Source: Rebecca billardiae RCC1528 (lineage: Eukaryota > Protista > Haptophyta). From it: 64,000 nucleotides of DNA. The stretch spans positions 1,488,001-1,552,000 of the forward strand of contig OZ251224.1 in NCBI GenBank assembly GCA_965240325.2, in the 5' to 3' direction. Of the stretch, positions 11,189 through 22,942 are shown in pieces; position 1 is the first letter of the stretch; the number at the start of each line of letters is the position of its first letter. A model generated the notes under the pieces. It ran no database searches and was not told the origin of the DNA. It worked only from the letters and a program-made list of their open reading frames with translations. Both the position numbers and the translations under genes were made by a program.

Positions 11189-12856
11189 TGGCCCGCGGTG
11201 CAGGGCGGAGCGCGCAGCGTGGAGCCCGCACCAGCGGGCCCGAACAACGTTTCAAAAAGATCTTTGATCAAGAAAAAAGGGACGGGGGACGATTTTCATG
11301 GCTGGAGGAGACCGAGTTTCGAATTTTGAGACCCTCTCTACAGATGCATTACGGAGAAAAAGGTCGCGCCCACGGCAAGTTCATAGTAAAGCGTGGAGTG
11401 ACGCCCGTCCAAAAAACTTCACGCCCTTTAGGATCCCTAACGTAACGAACCGTTACAAGCGATTTTTCCGGCCAATGAGATTGCAGCAAGGTCCAAGGAG
11501 CGATGACGTATCTAGATAGAGATTGCCGCGAACCGATGTGACCATGTACGTCCCTTGAATCAGTTGAATCAACTATTCAATCGCGCCGTGTCTGTATCAG
11601 GAGCCGACGAGGCAAGGGTCAGTAGCCGATGGGCCAACCTCGGCGAATCTCAATACTATCTGACGCGAACGGACTTGGTTGGGCGCGCGCGTGGCCCCGG
11701 GCGGCGGCCCACCAGAGGCGGCCCGCGTTTGGAGGCGAGCCACGGGCACGAGGCTCACGAGGCGACCGACGGGTGAGGACGGCGATGGGCAGGTGCGCGC
11801 GGCGAATGGCGCCTGGAGCGCGCGGCTGCGGCGGGTCCCGACTGCCGTCGACATCGCGTTCGTCGTGCCCCCGCTCACTCCGCGCGCCCCCGCCGCCCCT
11901 GCCGCCCTGTCGATGCCTCGGCGCGGCCTTGCGCGGCCCCGGCGTGTCCGCGAGCCGGCGCCGCAGCCGCCGCCCTGTGTTCGGGCTCTCGCAAGCTCGG
12001 GGGCAGCGGCGCCTGATGCCGGACTGATCGATCTCTGAGCCTTCGACTTCACCACGCGCCGCCCTTGCCATGCCTTTCCGGGGTCTCCCAGAACTCTTCT
12101 TGATTGAGAGAGAGCAGGCGCGCCGACGATCCGAGTCCATCGTCGGTCGACTCTGAGCGAGGGCTACGCCTCGGAACTGAACGGTACTCTACGAGGAGGA
12201 CGAGCTGCGCGGGCGACGGTGGTGCGTGACGTCCCCAGAGCCGGCCGTGCCTCTGCAACGCGTGCCGAGCCTGATCGAGGTGTGTCAGCTGCCCGTGCAC
12301 GCGCGGAGAGTGCGCGAACCGGATCACCGGTGCCCTCGCACCTCGGCACCGTGCTCCCTCGGGCTGTCAGCTCCGCGTGGCCTGGCGTGCACGTAGAGTT
12401 GCGCTCATGCGTCGATCACGCCTCGCGCCCGCCTGTCGGCCGTCGCGCAGGCGCTGGTCGAACCCTACTCGGACCCTACTCCTCCAGCCCTACTCCCGGG
12501 CGCTGCCGGCGCGGGGGGTGACCCCGGGGACAGCGGTCAGCAGCAGCGGCCCGAACGAATCCGCGGCCCCGCACCGTGCTCCCTGGCTGTCAGCTCCGCG
12601 TGGCCTGGTGTGCACGTGGAGTCGCGCTCATGCGTCGATCACGCCTCGTCGCATCCGCCTGTACACAATCGGCGCCGCGCCGGCGGCTGCAATGGGCCCG
12701 CCCGGCGCGGCGGGCGGCGGCGCGCCGCTGATGGAGTCTAGTTGTACGGGCATATGCAACTGGTCTGTCAATAGACGACTGCGACGGAGGGTGCACCGCC
12801 ACCGCGGGCCCTGAACTACGTTCGTTCTACGGAAAAAGGACCGCGGAACGCGGTCA
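11189..12856 (+). mobile_element. Non-autonomous Helitron2/Helentron-like element, copy 1 (1668 bp)
   Basis: Starts A|TGGCCCGCGGTG. Subterminal inverted copy CACCGCGGGCC at 12800-12810. 3' hairpin GACCGCG-GAA-CGCGGTC at 12839-12855, then A|T. Ends match the copies at 23512-25704 and 44050-46048. Confidence 0.75.
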
Positions 12857-13065
12857 TTTAACATGGCACGCACGACTGCCGTTACACACCAGTGAATTAT
12901 TCATCAGTCATCATCATCATCACTGGGCGACTCGTCACATCAAGCGCTAGGAGCTCGCACCATTTGGACCGTAGTCGGCGGCCGGATGAAGCGTCGCAAC
13001 TCGCGTCACGCGCTATAGTTGCGCCATGCGCAGTATCACACGCGTGTGAGACTGGCGGCCACCGA

Positions 13066-15633
13066 TCATCGCGCGGGCCGCAGCGAGTGTCGCTGCGGGG
13101 CCTGCGGCAGCTGATGTGAGCCCGCGTGCGACGGCGGGTTGCCTCCGTTGAGCGCGGCCTTCGGGCTGGAGTGGCCGGCGCCGCCCGCCGCCGGAGACCA
13201 GCTCTTCCCGACCAGCGCCGGGCCGATCACGGGCGCGCCGCGGCTGGCGGTCGAGGCGGAGGAGGCGACGAGGCTATGGCCGCTCATCTTCCGATGCAGG
13301 GCGACCTTCGTGGCCGGCACGCCGGGCGGGCCGGTGCGATCGGCGGCGGCCACGTACACCGGCGTCTTGAAGAGCGAGCTCGAGCGAGAGCGCACGCTGC
13401 CGGCATCCGAGCCGCCGCCGCCGCCGCCGGGCTCGTTGCGCGCGCCGCTGTCGAGGGGCGGCGGGGGTGTGCGCGAGGACCGCCTCGCAACGGCCGCGAG
13501 CGTCGTCTCGCGCGGCGGCGGCGAGCCAAGCTCGCCGCTCGGAGCGGTGAGCGACGGCCGCCGCCCGTCGGCGCCCGCGCCGTGCGTCGACTGTGGCCGA
13601 GAGTCCGTGTGCATCCTCTCGAGCGCGTCCGCCGCCGAGCGCCGCTTCGGATGGTCGGACGCGCTCATGCGCCGCGCCATGCCACTAGCCACCTCCTCGC
13701 GGGCGTCGAGCCACATGGTGCGCACGTCGCCGAGCGGATGCGCGTCGGCGGTGCCGGGCTCGGGCGGCGGCATGTCAGCGGCTGGCGGTCGCGCCGAGGC
13801 CTCTCGCATGCCCTGAGGGCCCACCTCCTCGGTTGGGCTGGCGCCGGCGCCCGCGCCCGCGCCGGCCGCGCGCTCAGCGGCACGCGAGGGCAAGCTGCCC
13901 GCCGCCTCGGTCTCAGCGACGGGGTCCTTGCCGTCCTTGCCAAAGGCGCGCGCGGCGGCGGCGGCGGTGCTCGCCGCGGCGGCGGCGGCGGCGGCGGCGG
14001 CAGCTTCGCTCAGCTTCGCGCTCGCCGCGGCGGCGGCGCTCGCGGCCGCGGCACCCTTGAGCATCGCCTCCGCCTCGAGTGCGGCGCTGCGCAGCCGCGC
14101 GGCGTCATCGGCCGCATCGGGCGGCGCGCGCTCGATCGGTGCGAGCGGGCCTGTTGGCGACTTGCGGGGCTTGGGCAGCGGCACCGACGAGGCGAGCGGG
14201 CCGGTCGGCGACGGGCGGGGCTTGGGCAGCGGCACGGTCGAGGAGGCGCGGCGGCTGCCGCCGCGCGGCTCGTCGCGCGGCGGCTTGATGGCCGCGGGCA
14301 GCGCGGGCATCGTCGGCGCGCGCTGCATGGCTGGCATCTTGGGCAGCTGGCGCTCGTGCAGCCTGATGGTGGTCGCCGCGCGCGTGAGCGGCTTCGGGTG
14401 CGCCGGCTTGTCCACCATGGCGGTGATGGAGTGCTGGCGCGACATGCCCTGCGAGGGCGTGGGCATCGTCGAGTGCTGCCGCGAGAGCCCCGCCGCGGGC
14501 GTCGACGCGCGCGACGGCAGCTCATACGGGTCGAGCGTGCTGAGGGCGTTGGCGGCCATGGCGCGCTTGAGCAGCGACTGCAGCTTGAGCGGCAGCTGCC
14601 CGCCGTCGCGCTTGCTCACGCCCGAGCGCTCGAGCTTCTTGCCCAGCTGCGTCTTCGGCGACAGCCCGAGGTGCGCGCGGCTCGACGCCGTCGGCTCGGC
14701 GTACCGCGCCTGGTCGGCCACCGGCGGCACGTACTCGGGCGGCTGCTCCACGACCCACTTGACGCGGCTCTCGACGTGCCCGCCGCCGTCGCGCGCGACG
14801 AGGTTCATGATGTCGGTGTCCGAGCGCATCGCCGAGATGCCCGTCTCGGCGTCGACCTCGACGATCTTCTCGACCGCGTCCTCGACGAACCCAGAGTACG
14901 TCTCCTCGTCCATCTCGTCCGTGTTCACGTCCGCGAGCTCGAACCACGAGCGGATGAACGCGGCCTTGTCGAGCCGCCGCTCGATCAGCGGCACGCTCGC
15001 GTCTGCGTACTCGCGCGTGTCGCGCTCCCAGTCGATCTTGGAGAGGAGGAAGGCCTCGCGCGGGTCGTTGCGCCGCATGAGCAGGATGTACAGCTTGCGC
15101 GCGAGCTCGGCGTACAGCGGCCAGCCGATCGTCTCGACCTCGAGCGAGCCGGTGAGCGCCACCCACGCGTTGTCGAGCGCGGCCTGCACGCTCTCGGTGC
15201 GCCACAGCCGCTCGCGCCGCAGCATCATCGCGGGCTGGTACCACTTGTTCGTCTCCTTCTCCGCGCGCACCAGCGGCGAGGTGAGGTACTTGCGGTCGAG
15301 CTCCTCGAGGATCCCGTTCCACCGCTTGCGGAGCCGGTAGTTGCGGTACTGCCGCTGGATGAGCGAGACGGGCGGGAAGGTGAAGAGGACGGCCTCGCCA
15401 AACACGGCGATGCGCCGCAGCTTCTTGCGCATGACGCAGGCGCGCCAGTTGCGCTGGAGCAGGCTGGCCGACGCGTTGCGCAGCTCGAGCAGCTTGCGGG
15501 CGCGCACGCCACGCCAATGCGCCTGGATGCGGACGGCGGCGAGGATGAGCAGGCGGAACGCGCGCCAGCGCGTCTGCAACACAGAGGCCGCCTTGCGACG
15601 CTTCGAGAGCGCCACCATGGCGACGTGCTCCAT
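13066..15633 (-). CDS. IQ calmodulin-binding motif protein with EF-hand-like segment and long disordered C-terminus
   Basis: Four IQ-like motifs (VLQTRWRAF, RIQAHWRGVRARK, LLQRNWRAC, LIQRQYRNYRLRK) and the segment WFELADVNTDEMDEETY. ORF 13066..15675, first ATG at 15633. Confidence 0.8.
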   Translation of the reverse strand: MEHVAMVALSKRRKAASVLQTRWRAFRLLILAAVRIQAHWRGVRARKLLELRNASASLLQRNWRACVMRKKLRRIAVFGEAVLFTFPPVSLIQRQYRNYRLRKRWNGILEELDRKYLTSPLVRAEKETNKWYQPAMMLRRERLWRTESVQAALDNAWVALTGSLEVETIGWPLYAELARKLYILLMRRNDPREAFLLSKIDWERDTREYADASVPLIERRLDKAAFIRSWFELADVNTDEMDEETYSGFVEDAVEKIVEVDAETGISAMRSDTDIMNLVARDGGGHVESRVKWVVEQPPEYVPPVADQARYAEPTASSRAHLGLSPKTQLGKKLERSGVSKRDGGQLPLKLQSLLKRAMAANALSTLDPYELPSRASTPAAGLSRQHSTMPTPSQGMSRQHSITAMVDKPAHPKPLTRAATTIRLHERQLPKMPAMQRAPTMPALPAAIKPPRDEPRGGSRRASSTVPLPKPRPSPTGPLASSVPLPKPRKSPTGPLAPIERAPPDAADDAARLRSAALEAEAMLKGAAAASAAAAASAKLSEAAAAAAAAAAASTAAAAARAFGKDGKDPVAETEAAGSLPSRAAERAAGAGAGAGASPTEEVGPQGMREASARPPAADMPPPEPGTADAHPLGDVRTMWLDAREEVASGMARRMSASDHPKRRSAADALERMHTDSRPQSTHGAGADGRRPSLTAPSGELGSPPPRETTLAAVARRSSRTPPPPLDSGARNEPGGGGGGSDAGSVRSRSSSLFKTPVYVAAADRTGPPGVPATKVALHRKMSGHSLVASSASTASRGAPVIGPALVGKSWSPAAGGAGHSSPKAALNGGNPPSHAGSHQLPQAPQRHSLRPAR

Positions 15634-15884
15634 GCAGACAGGCGCAGCTCCGCGGGTGGCACCACGGGCGCCCACTCGGGCTGGAGGTCAACTCGCAGTC
15701 GCGCGCGACCGCGGGCGCCCGCCTGGGAGGAAGTAAAGACGACCACGACCCCTCGCGCCCGACTTCTTCCGAGCTTGGAGCGGGCCGGGGCTTTCTGGTT
15801 GCCAGTTGACGAGACACTATTGGCTTATGCCGCCGGAAGTTGGCACGTGTAACGACGTGCACCGTACCGGACGTCCATCGTATA

Positions 15885-16692
15885 GTGGCCCTCAAGTTTA
15901 AGCGATAAAATCAAGCGGCGGCTCTATCGTCGGCGCTGAAGGTGAAGGCCGTGGTGCTGATGGCTGCGTACTTGGGGCTGATGCCCGCCCACAGTCACGT
16001 GTTCAACCTTGCCGTGTCGTGCGCGAGGCGGCGGTAGCGTGCGCTGAAAGTAGGTGCAGCCGATCGGCGAGCTCGACGGTAGCCGCGCGGCGGCCTCCCG
16101 ACCAAGCCGTGTGAGGCAGCCGCCGGCCTGCGCCTGCGAGTCCTCCGTGCGTGGAGCTAGGCTCCCACGCGTGGCCCGAGGCGTACGCGGGGTGCCGTCC
16201 GAGCGCGCCAGTACACACCGAGCGCAGCAAGCTGGGCACCCTGCGCGGCAGGAGCATGCAATCGAGCGAGCGCTGCCCACGAGCTGAGCCTGTCGAGCCG
16301 CTGGCACGGCCCGGCGCGGCAGCTGCGCGAAAGTCTGTGGTGCGCCTGCACGTGGTCAAAGCACGAGCTCACACGCTGTGTGTGGACCAGGGACACAGAG
16401 TGTACGTGCATGCGCACCACGCTCGAATTTATTGCGTGCGCGGAGCGGCGCTGTGCGTGCACGACCATGCTGGTGCATGTGAGACCAGTCAGGTCTGTGC
16501 GCGATGGCCGGCCGCGCGAGCGCGCGCGTGCGCGACACAGCACACTTGCGGGCGAGCCGTGTGTCTGCGCAGACGCGGGTGCTCCCCGACCGTGCGCCAC
16601 AAGCGAGAGAGCCGCCATGGTGCGCTCGTCACGGCGTGAGCGGGCGTGCAATCACGTAGCCAGCGAAGCGAACGCTTAAACCTGAGGGGTAC
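15885..16692. mobile_element. 808-bp MITE-like element, copy A (imperfect 20-bp TIRs, TA-flanked)
   Basis: TA|GTGGCCCTCAAGTTTAAGCG ... CGCTTAAACCTGAGGGGTAC|TA. Apparently identical to 19808-20615 (their ORF translations are identical). No transposase ORF. Confidence 0.8.
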
Positions 16693-17479
16693 TAAGTGGT
16701 AATAAAAGAGAGGTAAATAGTGCGCTGGTGCCAGGGGTGCGCTGAGGCGCCCGGGCTGCACCACGCGCACGACAATATTTAGGTTGGTATTCCACCACAG
16801 CGCGACCTCCGATCATTCGGCCCTGGTGGGCGAGGAGGAGACCATGCGCGTAGTGATTTGCGAGAGCTCGCTGATGCTTAAGCGTTGCGGCGCGCGGCGG
16901 TGGCAATGCGCAGAGCATGGAGAGAAGGGCTGCAAACCACGATAGTACGACCCACTAGCGCTGTCTCTTCGAGGTTGTATGCGTCGATTGCGCTCTAACG
17001 CCGGGTGCTGCGCGCGCTGTGTCGCCCAGGCGGCCGCCACCGCGCCGCACGCGGCCGTCGCCGGAGCTCTTGGACGGATGATGGCTGCGATTCAAAAGTA
17101 GATTCTTGTAACCGACCAATCGGCAAGCAGCTTGTGCATGGCTGCAGGGCGACCGCCGCCGGCGGCCGAGAGCCCCACGGTGCGACCATGCGCACAGCGA
17201 GCAGCGGCGCCGACGATCATGGCCAACTTGAGCTTAGCCGTGGCATACAGGAAGGGTCAGCGCGTATCGAAGACTGCGATGGCAGCGACCTATGATCGCC
17301 ACGACCTCTCCGTGAACGACGGGCTCGGCCAAGCCATTGAGATGGTGCTGGGGCTCATATGTTTGGGCCGGACTTCACCGAGCCAGATGCCGGTAACGTC
17401 GATGCAGGGCTGTGCGACGCGCGTGCACGCCCGCACTTGAGGTCACAGCTGCCCGCGCGCCACCACCATGGCCAGAGGT

Positions 17480-19490
17480 TTGGCTCAGCTCAGCTCACAC
17501 GACCTCACGACCTGCCGATCAGCCGGCGCCTCACGGCTCAGGCAACAACACGGCTGCTGCGGCGCGTGCGCGCAAGCTGGCGCGCCGGCGCGGCGCGCAG
17601 TGCCAGGTACGGCCCCAGTGAGCGTATACATGGCACCGGCGGCCCGCCTCTACTGTCGCGCGCGCGAGAGCTCGAGCTCGAATCTGACCAAGCTGAGCTG
17701 GGTGTGTCACGGCCAACGGCTACGGAGAGCTGCGGCTGCGGCTAGAGCCAGCGAGAAGCGCCGAGTCGGCGCGCGCGCCGTGCGCATCTGAAGGGCGGGC
17801 TCGGGCACGCGGTACACGCGCGGGGGGCGTGCCGAGCGCGAGGGCGCGCGCGCGCGCTCGGCGCTCCTCCTGCGCCGCCGCCACGGCCGGAGTTTCGGCT
17901 CAGCTCAGATCTCACGACCTCCCGACCTGCCGATCAGCCGGCGCCTCACGGCTCAGGCAACAACACGGCTGCTGCGGCGCGTGCGCGCAAGCTGGCGCGC
18001 CGGCGCGGCGCGCAGTGCCAGGTACGGCCCCAGTGAGCGTATACATGGCACCGGCGGCCCGCCTCTACTGTCGCGCGCGCGAGAGCTCGAGCTCGAATCT
18101 GACCAAGCTGAGCTGGGTGTGTCACGGCCAACGGCTACGGAGAGCTGCGGCTGCGGGTAGAGCCAGCGAGAAGCGCCGAGTCGGCGCGCGCGCCGTGCGC
18201 ATCTGAAGGGCGGGCTCGGGCACGCGGTACACGCGCGGGGGGCGTGCCGAGCGCGAGGGCGCGCGCGCGCGCTCGGCGCTCCTCCTGCGCCGCCGCCACG
18301 GCCGGAGTTTCGGCTCAGCTCAGATCTCACGACCTCCCGACCTGCCGATCAGCCGGCACCTCACGGCTCAGGCAACAACACGGCTGCTGCGGCGCGTGCG
18401 CGCAAGCTGGCGCGCCGGCGCGGCGCGCAGCGCCAGGTACGGCCCCGGTGAGCGTACACATGGCACCGGCGGCCCGCCTCTACCGTCGTGCGCGCGAGAG
18501 CTCGAGCTCGAATCTGACCAAGCTGAGCTGGGTGTGTCACGGCCAACGGCTACGGAGAGCTGCGGGTAGAGCCAGCGAGAAGCGCCGAGTCGGCGCGCGC
18601 GCCATGCGCATCTGAAGGGCGGGCTCGGGCACGCGGTACACGCGCGGGGGGCGTGCCGAGCGCGAGGGCGCGCGCGCGCGCTCGGCGCTCATCCTGCGCC
18701 GCCGCCACGGCCGGAGTTTCGGCTCAGCTCAGATCTCACGACCTCCCGACCTGCCGATCAGCCGGCGCCTCACGGCTCAAGCAACGACACGGCTGCTGCG
18801 GCGCGTGCGCACACGCGCGCGCGCCGGCGCGGCGCGCAGCGCCAGGTACGGCCCCGGTGAGCGTACACATGGCACCGGCGGCCCGCCTCTACCGTCGTGC
18901 GCGCGAGAGCTCGAGCTCGAATCTGACCAAGCTGAGCTGGGTGTGTCACGGCCAACGGCTACGGAGAGCTGCGGGTAGAGCCAGCGAGAAGCGCCGAGTC
19001 GGCGCGCGCGCCATGCGCATCTGAAGGGCGGGCTCGGGCACGCGGTACACGCGCGGGGGGCGTGCCGAGCGCGAGGGCGCGCGCGCGCGCTCGGCGCTCA
19101 TCCTGCGCCGCCGCCACGGCCGGAGTTTCGGCTCAGCTCAGATCTCACGACCTCCCGACCTGCCGATCAGCCGGCGCCTCACGGCTCAAGCAACGACACG
19201 GCTGCTGCGGCGCGTGCGCACACGCGCGCGCGCCGGCGCGGCGCGCAGCGCCAGGTACGGCCCCGATGAGCGTACACATGGCACCGGCGGCCCGCCTCTA
19301 CTGTCGCGCGCGCGAGAGCTCGAGCTCGAATCTGACCAAGCTGCGCTGGGTGTGTCACGACCAACGGCTACGGAGAGGTGCGGCTGCGGCTAGAGCCAGC
19401 GAGAAGCGCCGAGTCGGCGCGCGCGCCGTGCGCATCTGAAGGGCGGGCTCGGGCATGCGGTACACGCGCGGGGGGCGTGCCGAGCGCGCG
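17480..19490. repeat. Tandem array of ~4.9 units of 409-415 bp
   Basis: Equivalent positions at 17531, 17946, 18361, 18770 and 19179 give periods of 415, 415, 409 and 409. The unit begins GGCTCAGCTCAGATCTCACGACCTCCCGACC. Confidence 0.95.
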
Positions 19491-19807
19491 CGCTCGCGCT
19501 CGAGGTCACAACTCCTGTGGCTGATTTGATCTTGCGGTCTCAGTGGCCTAGGCCATGGTCATCACATGTCACGTCCCTGACTGACGCTTACGAATGACAA
19601 CCCAGTCATGTTGCCAATGGAGCAGCACAGTCTCGTGCAACGGGGAGAAGCCGGCTACTCCGAGCGCTCCGGCACGATCCGTCCTAGCCATATAGCGCGC
19701 GCGCCAGCCAGAGTCGAAACGGACTGCACGCGTCAGAGTGAATCTTCGTCGACACCTCCTACGATGATGCTCACGTCTCACGCGGGTTTTCAGCAGCCTC
19801 CGACTTA

Positions 19808-20615
19808 GTGGCCCTCAAGTTTAAGCGATAAAATCAAGCGGCGGCTCTATCGTCGGCGCTGAAGGTGAAGGCCGTGGTGCTGATGGCTGCGTACTTGGGG
19901 CTGATGCCCGCCCACAGTCACGTGTTCAACCTTGCCGTGTCGTGCGCGAGGCGGCGGTAGCGTGCGCTGAAAGTAGGTGCAGCCGATCGGCGAGCTCGAC
20001 GGTAGCCGCGCGGCGGCCTCCCGACCAAGCCGTGTGAGGCAGCCGCCGGCCTGCGCCTGCGAGTCCTCCGTGCGTGGAGCTAGGCTCCCACGCGTGGCCC
20101 GAGGCGTACGCGGGGTGCCGTCCGAGCGCGCCAGTACACACCGAGCGCAGCAAGCTGGGCACCCTGCGCGGCAGGAGCATGCAATCGAGCGAGCGCTGCC
20201 CACGAGCTGAGCCTGTCGAGCCGCTGGCACGGCCCGGCGCGGCAGCTGCGCGAAAGTCTGTGGTGCGCCTGCACGTGGTCAAAGCACGAGCTCACACGCT
20301 GTGTGTGGACCAGGGACACAGAGTGTACGTGCATGCGCACCACGCTCGAATTTATTGCGTGCGCGGAGCGGCGCTGTGCGTGCACGACCATGCTGGTGCA
20401 TGTGAGACCAGTCAGGTCTGTGCGCGATGGCCGGCCGCGCGAGCGCGCGCGTGCGCGACACAGCACACTTGCGGGCGAGCCGTGTGTCTGCGCAGACGCG
20501 GGTGCTCCCCGACCGTGCGCCACAAGCGAGAGAGCCGCCATGGTGCGCTCGTCACGGCGTGAGCGGGCGTGCAATCACGTAGCCAGCGAAGCGAACGCTT
20601 AAACCTGAGGGGTAC
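19808..20615. mobile_element. 808-bp MITE-like element, copy B
   Basis: Direct repeat of 15885-16692 with the same TIRs and TA at 19806-07 and 20616-17. Confidence 0.8.
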
Positions 20616-20624
20616 TATATCAGC

Positions 20625-22942
20625 ATGAAGCCCGTCCGGCGAGCCCCACGGCTTCATACTCTTTACATCGTGGCGACGCTTACGACGACGCCGCCTCGCA
20701 TCGCAGAGCTTGGCCCGACTCTGGACACCATCCAGAACCAGACGCACCCGTTCGACGAGATTGTTCTCAATCTGCCCCCGCGCTCGTTGCGTGACGGCAC
20801 GGCCTACACGCTGCCAGACAGCACTGCGATCGAGCTCAGCTCACGCGGCGTGATCATTCAGTGGGTCGCACGCGACCTGGGCCCCGCGACGAAGCTCGTT
20901 CCGACGATCCGCTACCTGCTTGATCGCCTGCCTATCATCGCGTCGCGCCTCGGCAGCTCTGATGCCGATGCACTCGAGCGCACGCATCTCGTCGAGCTGG
21001 ACGACGACACGGTTTGCGCATCCGCGCCACGACCGCGCACGCGCGCGCTCCCCCGGTGGCACGTCGCCATGCCAGACGCGCCTCGCTCATCACTACGCGT
21101 TGCGTCACGCGTGCGCAGCTGTACCCGCCGACGATGTGCGAGTCGTTTGCCTCGACGGCGCTGCCAAGCACGACCGATGCGGCCGCTGCGTTCGGAGGGA
21201 TGCGGACAGCGCTCGGAGAGGGTCTCTATGGCGTTCTATGGGACGAGCTTCGTCACGGCGCCGAGGCGTGGAATGGAATGGCGTATTCGGCATGGCGCTT
21301 TCCCCTCGCCATCTTTGGCGGCGGGCGCGTCACCGCGTTTGAGGCCTTTGTGGACAATCACACTGACCCGCGCACCGACGCGCTCAAGCTGAGGATGACG
21401 GACGACATGATCTTCTCGGACTACTTGCTGGGCGAGGGCGTGCCGATCTTATTGCACGCCACGCCCGCGCATAGCAAGTTCCCCGTCCTTAACGGCGGCG
21501 TGCGCCAGATGGGCCGTCGCCGGGACGCGCTGCACAAGCAGGATGGTCTGGCCACGGAAATGGCGGCGTTCATTCCTGACGAGTACAAGGGCGAGCTGCG
21601 TGCGTGTCTTAAGGGGCGCGCGTTCAGAGGCCGCTGCGTGCACTACGTTGCCATCGTGCGCTCCGGGGTGCTACCGCACGTCACCGCCGTGGCCAACGCG
21701 CGCTGGCGGAACAGGTCGCGCCCCTCGCCCGCCCAGCCACTCGCTCCGGCGCGCGTCCGCGGATGCGAGAGCCACGGCATCGACGAGAACCTCGCTCGCG
21801 CGCGCGCACGCGCGAGCGGCCTGCAGTACGCCCAAGTGACCGTGAGCACGGGTGGGGCGAAGAGCCCGCGCACGCTGCCGCTCTTCGTGCCATCCCCGCA
21901 GGGAGTGAGTGGTGCCGCATGCGCGCACGCCCGTGCGCAGCGCGGCGTATCCGACAACCCGACGGCATGCGCAGGTGTCTCGTGGCGCGCACACGCTACG
22001 CTCACAGCCGTACTCGCGATGGCTGGCCACGCGTGCGGCGTGGAGGGGCGGCATGACTGCTTCGTGGTGGACACGCGGTGCGAACTCGGCGAGTTCGGCG
22101 TGCACGCCGCCGCGCTCGGGGCGAGCGTGGACTGCTATGAGCCCGACGCTGAGCTCGCCGATGCTGCACGCGAGGCGGCGTGCGTGAACGGCGTGCGCTC
22201 ACGTATGCGCGTGCACGCTGTGCAGCTACCGTCCGCACGCGCCAACCTGCGGACTACCGCCGACGAAGCGGTCCGATACCGGCTCGTGCGCAACAACGCC
22301 TCGCAGCCGACGGCGCGGAAACTCCAGCTGCCGCTGCTTAAGCTCATGCACCCTGCGGTCAAGGCCAAGCTGAGACCACTACTGTGGCGAATTGTGCTGA
22401 GCGCTGGGCAGGACTGGAGCCTATCGAGCCAGGCGAGAAGCCTGAAGTACTTGATGAATGTCGGGGAGCTCAACCACACCGCCTTCATGGTCGAGGTGGA
22501 CGTGCCCGTGAGTCCGACGCTCGAGAAGCAGCTGGACGCATTCGGGGCCGCGCTCAGGCGCACGGCGCACCTGGTGGCTCCGCGCGCGCAGCACGACTGG
22601 GCCAAGGAGGCCAAGGCGCCGGCTTGGCTCGGTATGAGCGCTGCACCCGTCGACGGCGGCCGAATATGCAGCGAGCTGTGGGAGGTGCGCGCGCCCAGCC
22701 GGGAATCCGGGGATGAGGTGATGCAGCCTGCCACGCTGTCGATGCACAGCTGGGCACGGCTGCTGGGCGACATGTACCGCGCGCACACGACTGCTGTGCT
22801 GCTCTTCCTGCCGCCGCAGCTGCTGAAATCACCGCCCGGCATCAGGGGATTGCGCGTGCTCTGTCGGGTGCTGGCCAGCTCTTCTTCGTCCGCCGATTCT
22901 TCGTTGCTGGAGTCGTTGGCGACGGACGGCGAAACTCGGTAG
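20625..22942 (+). CDS. GT-A-fold glycosyltransferase with C-terminal FkbM-like methyltransferase-like region; exons 20625-21011 and 21119-22942
   Basis: TLTTTPPRI..TLDTIQNQT..IVLNLP..DLGPATKL..ELDDDT/LYP, joined across a 107-nt GT..GCGCAG phase-0 intron. Downstream TDDMIFSDYL and FVVDTRCELGEFGVHAAALGASVDCYEPD (degenerate SAM-binding motif). Confidence 0.78.

Noticed and set aside
11189-12856. Autonomous transposase or Fanzor within the elements
   Set aside because: No HUH, helicase, DDE or RuvC motifs recognised in any internal ORF of the four copies.
17480-19490. CRISPR array or repeated small genes
   Set aside because: Units are contiguous with no unique spacers. The repeated ORFs lack coding bias and mostly start at non-ATG codons.
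15885-20615. LTR retrotransposon interpretation of the 808-bp direct repeats
   Set aside because: No TG..CA ends, no credible PBS or PPT, and no gag/pol. Each repeat has its own TIRs and TA flanks.
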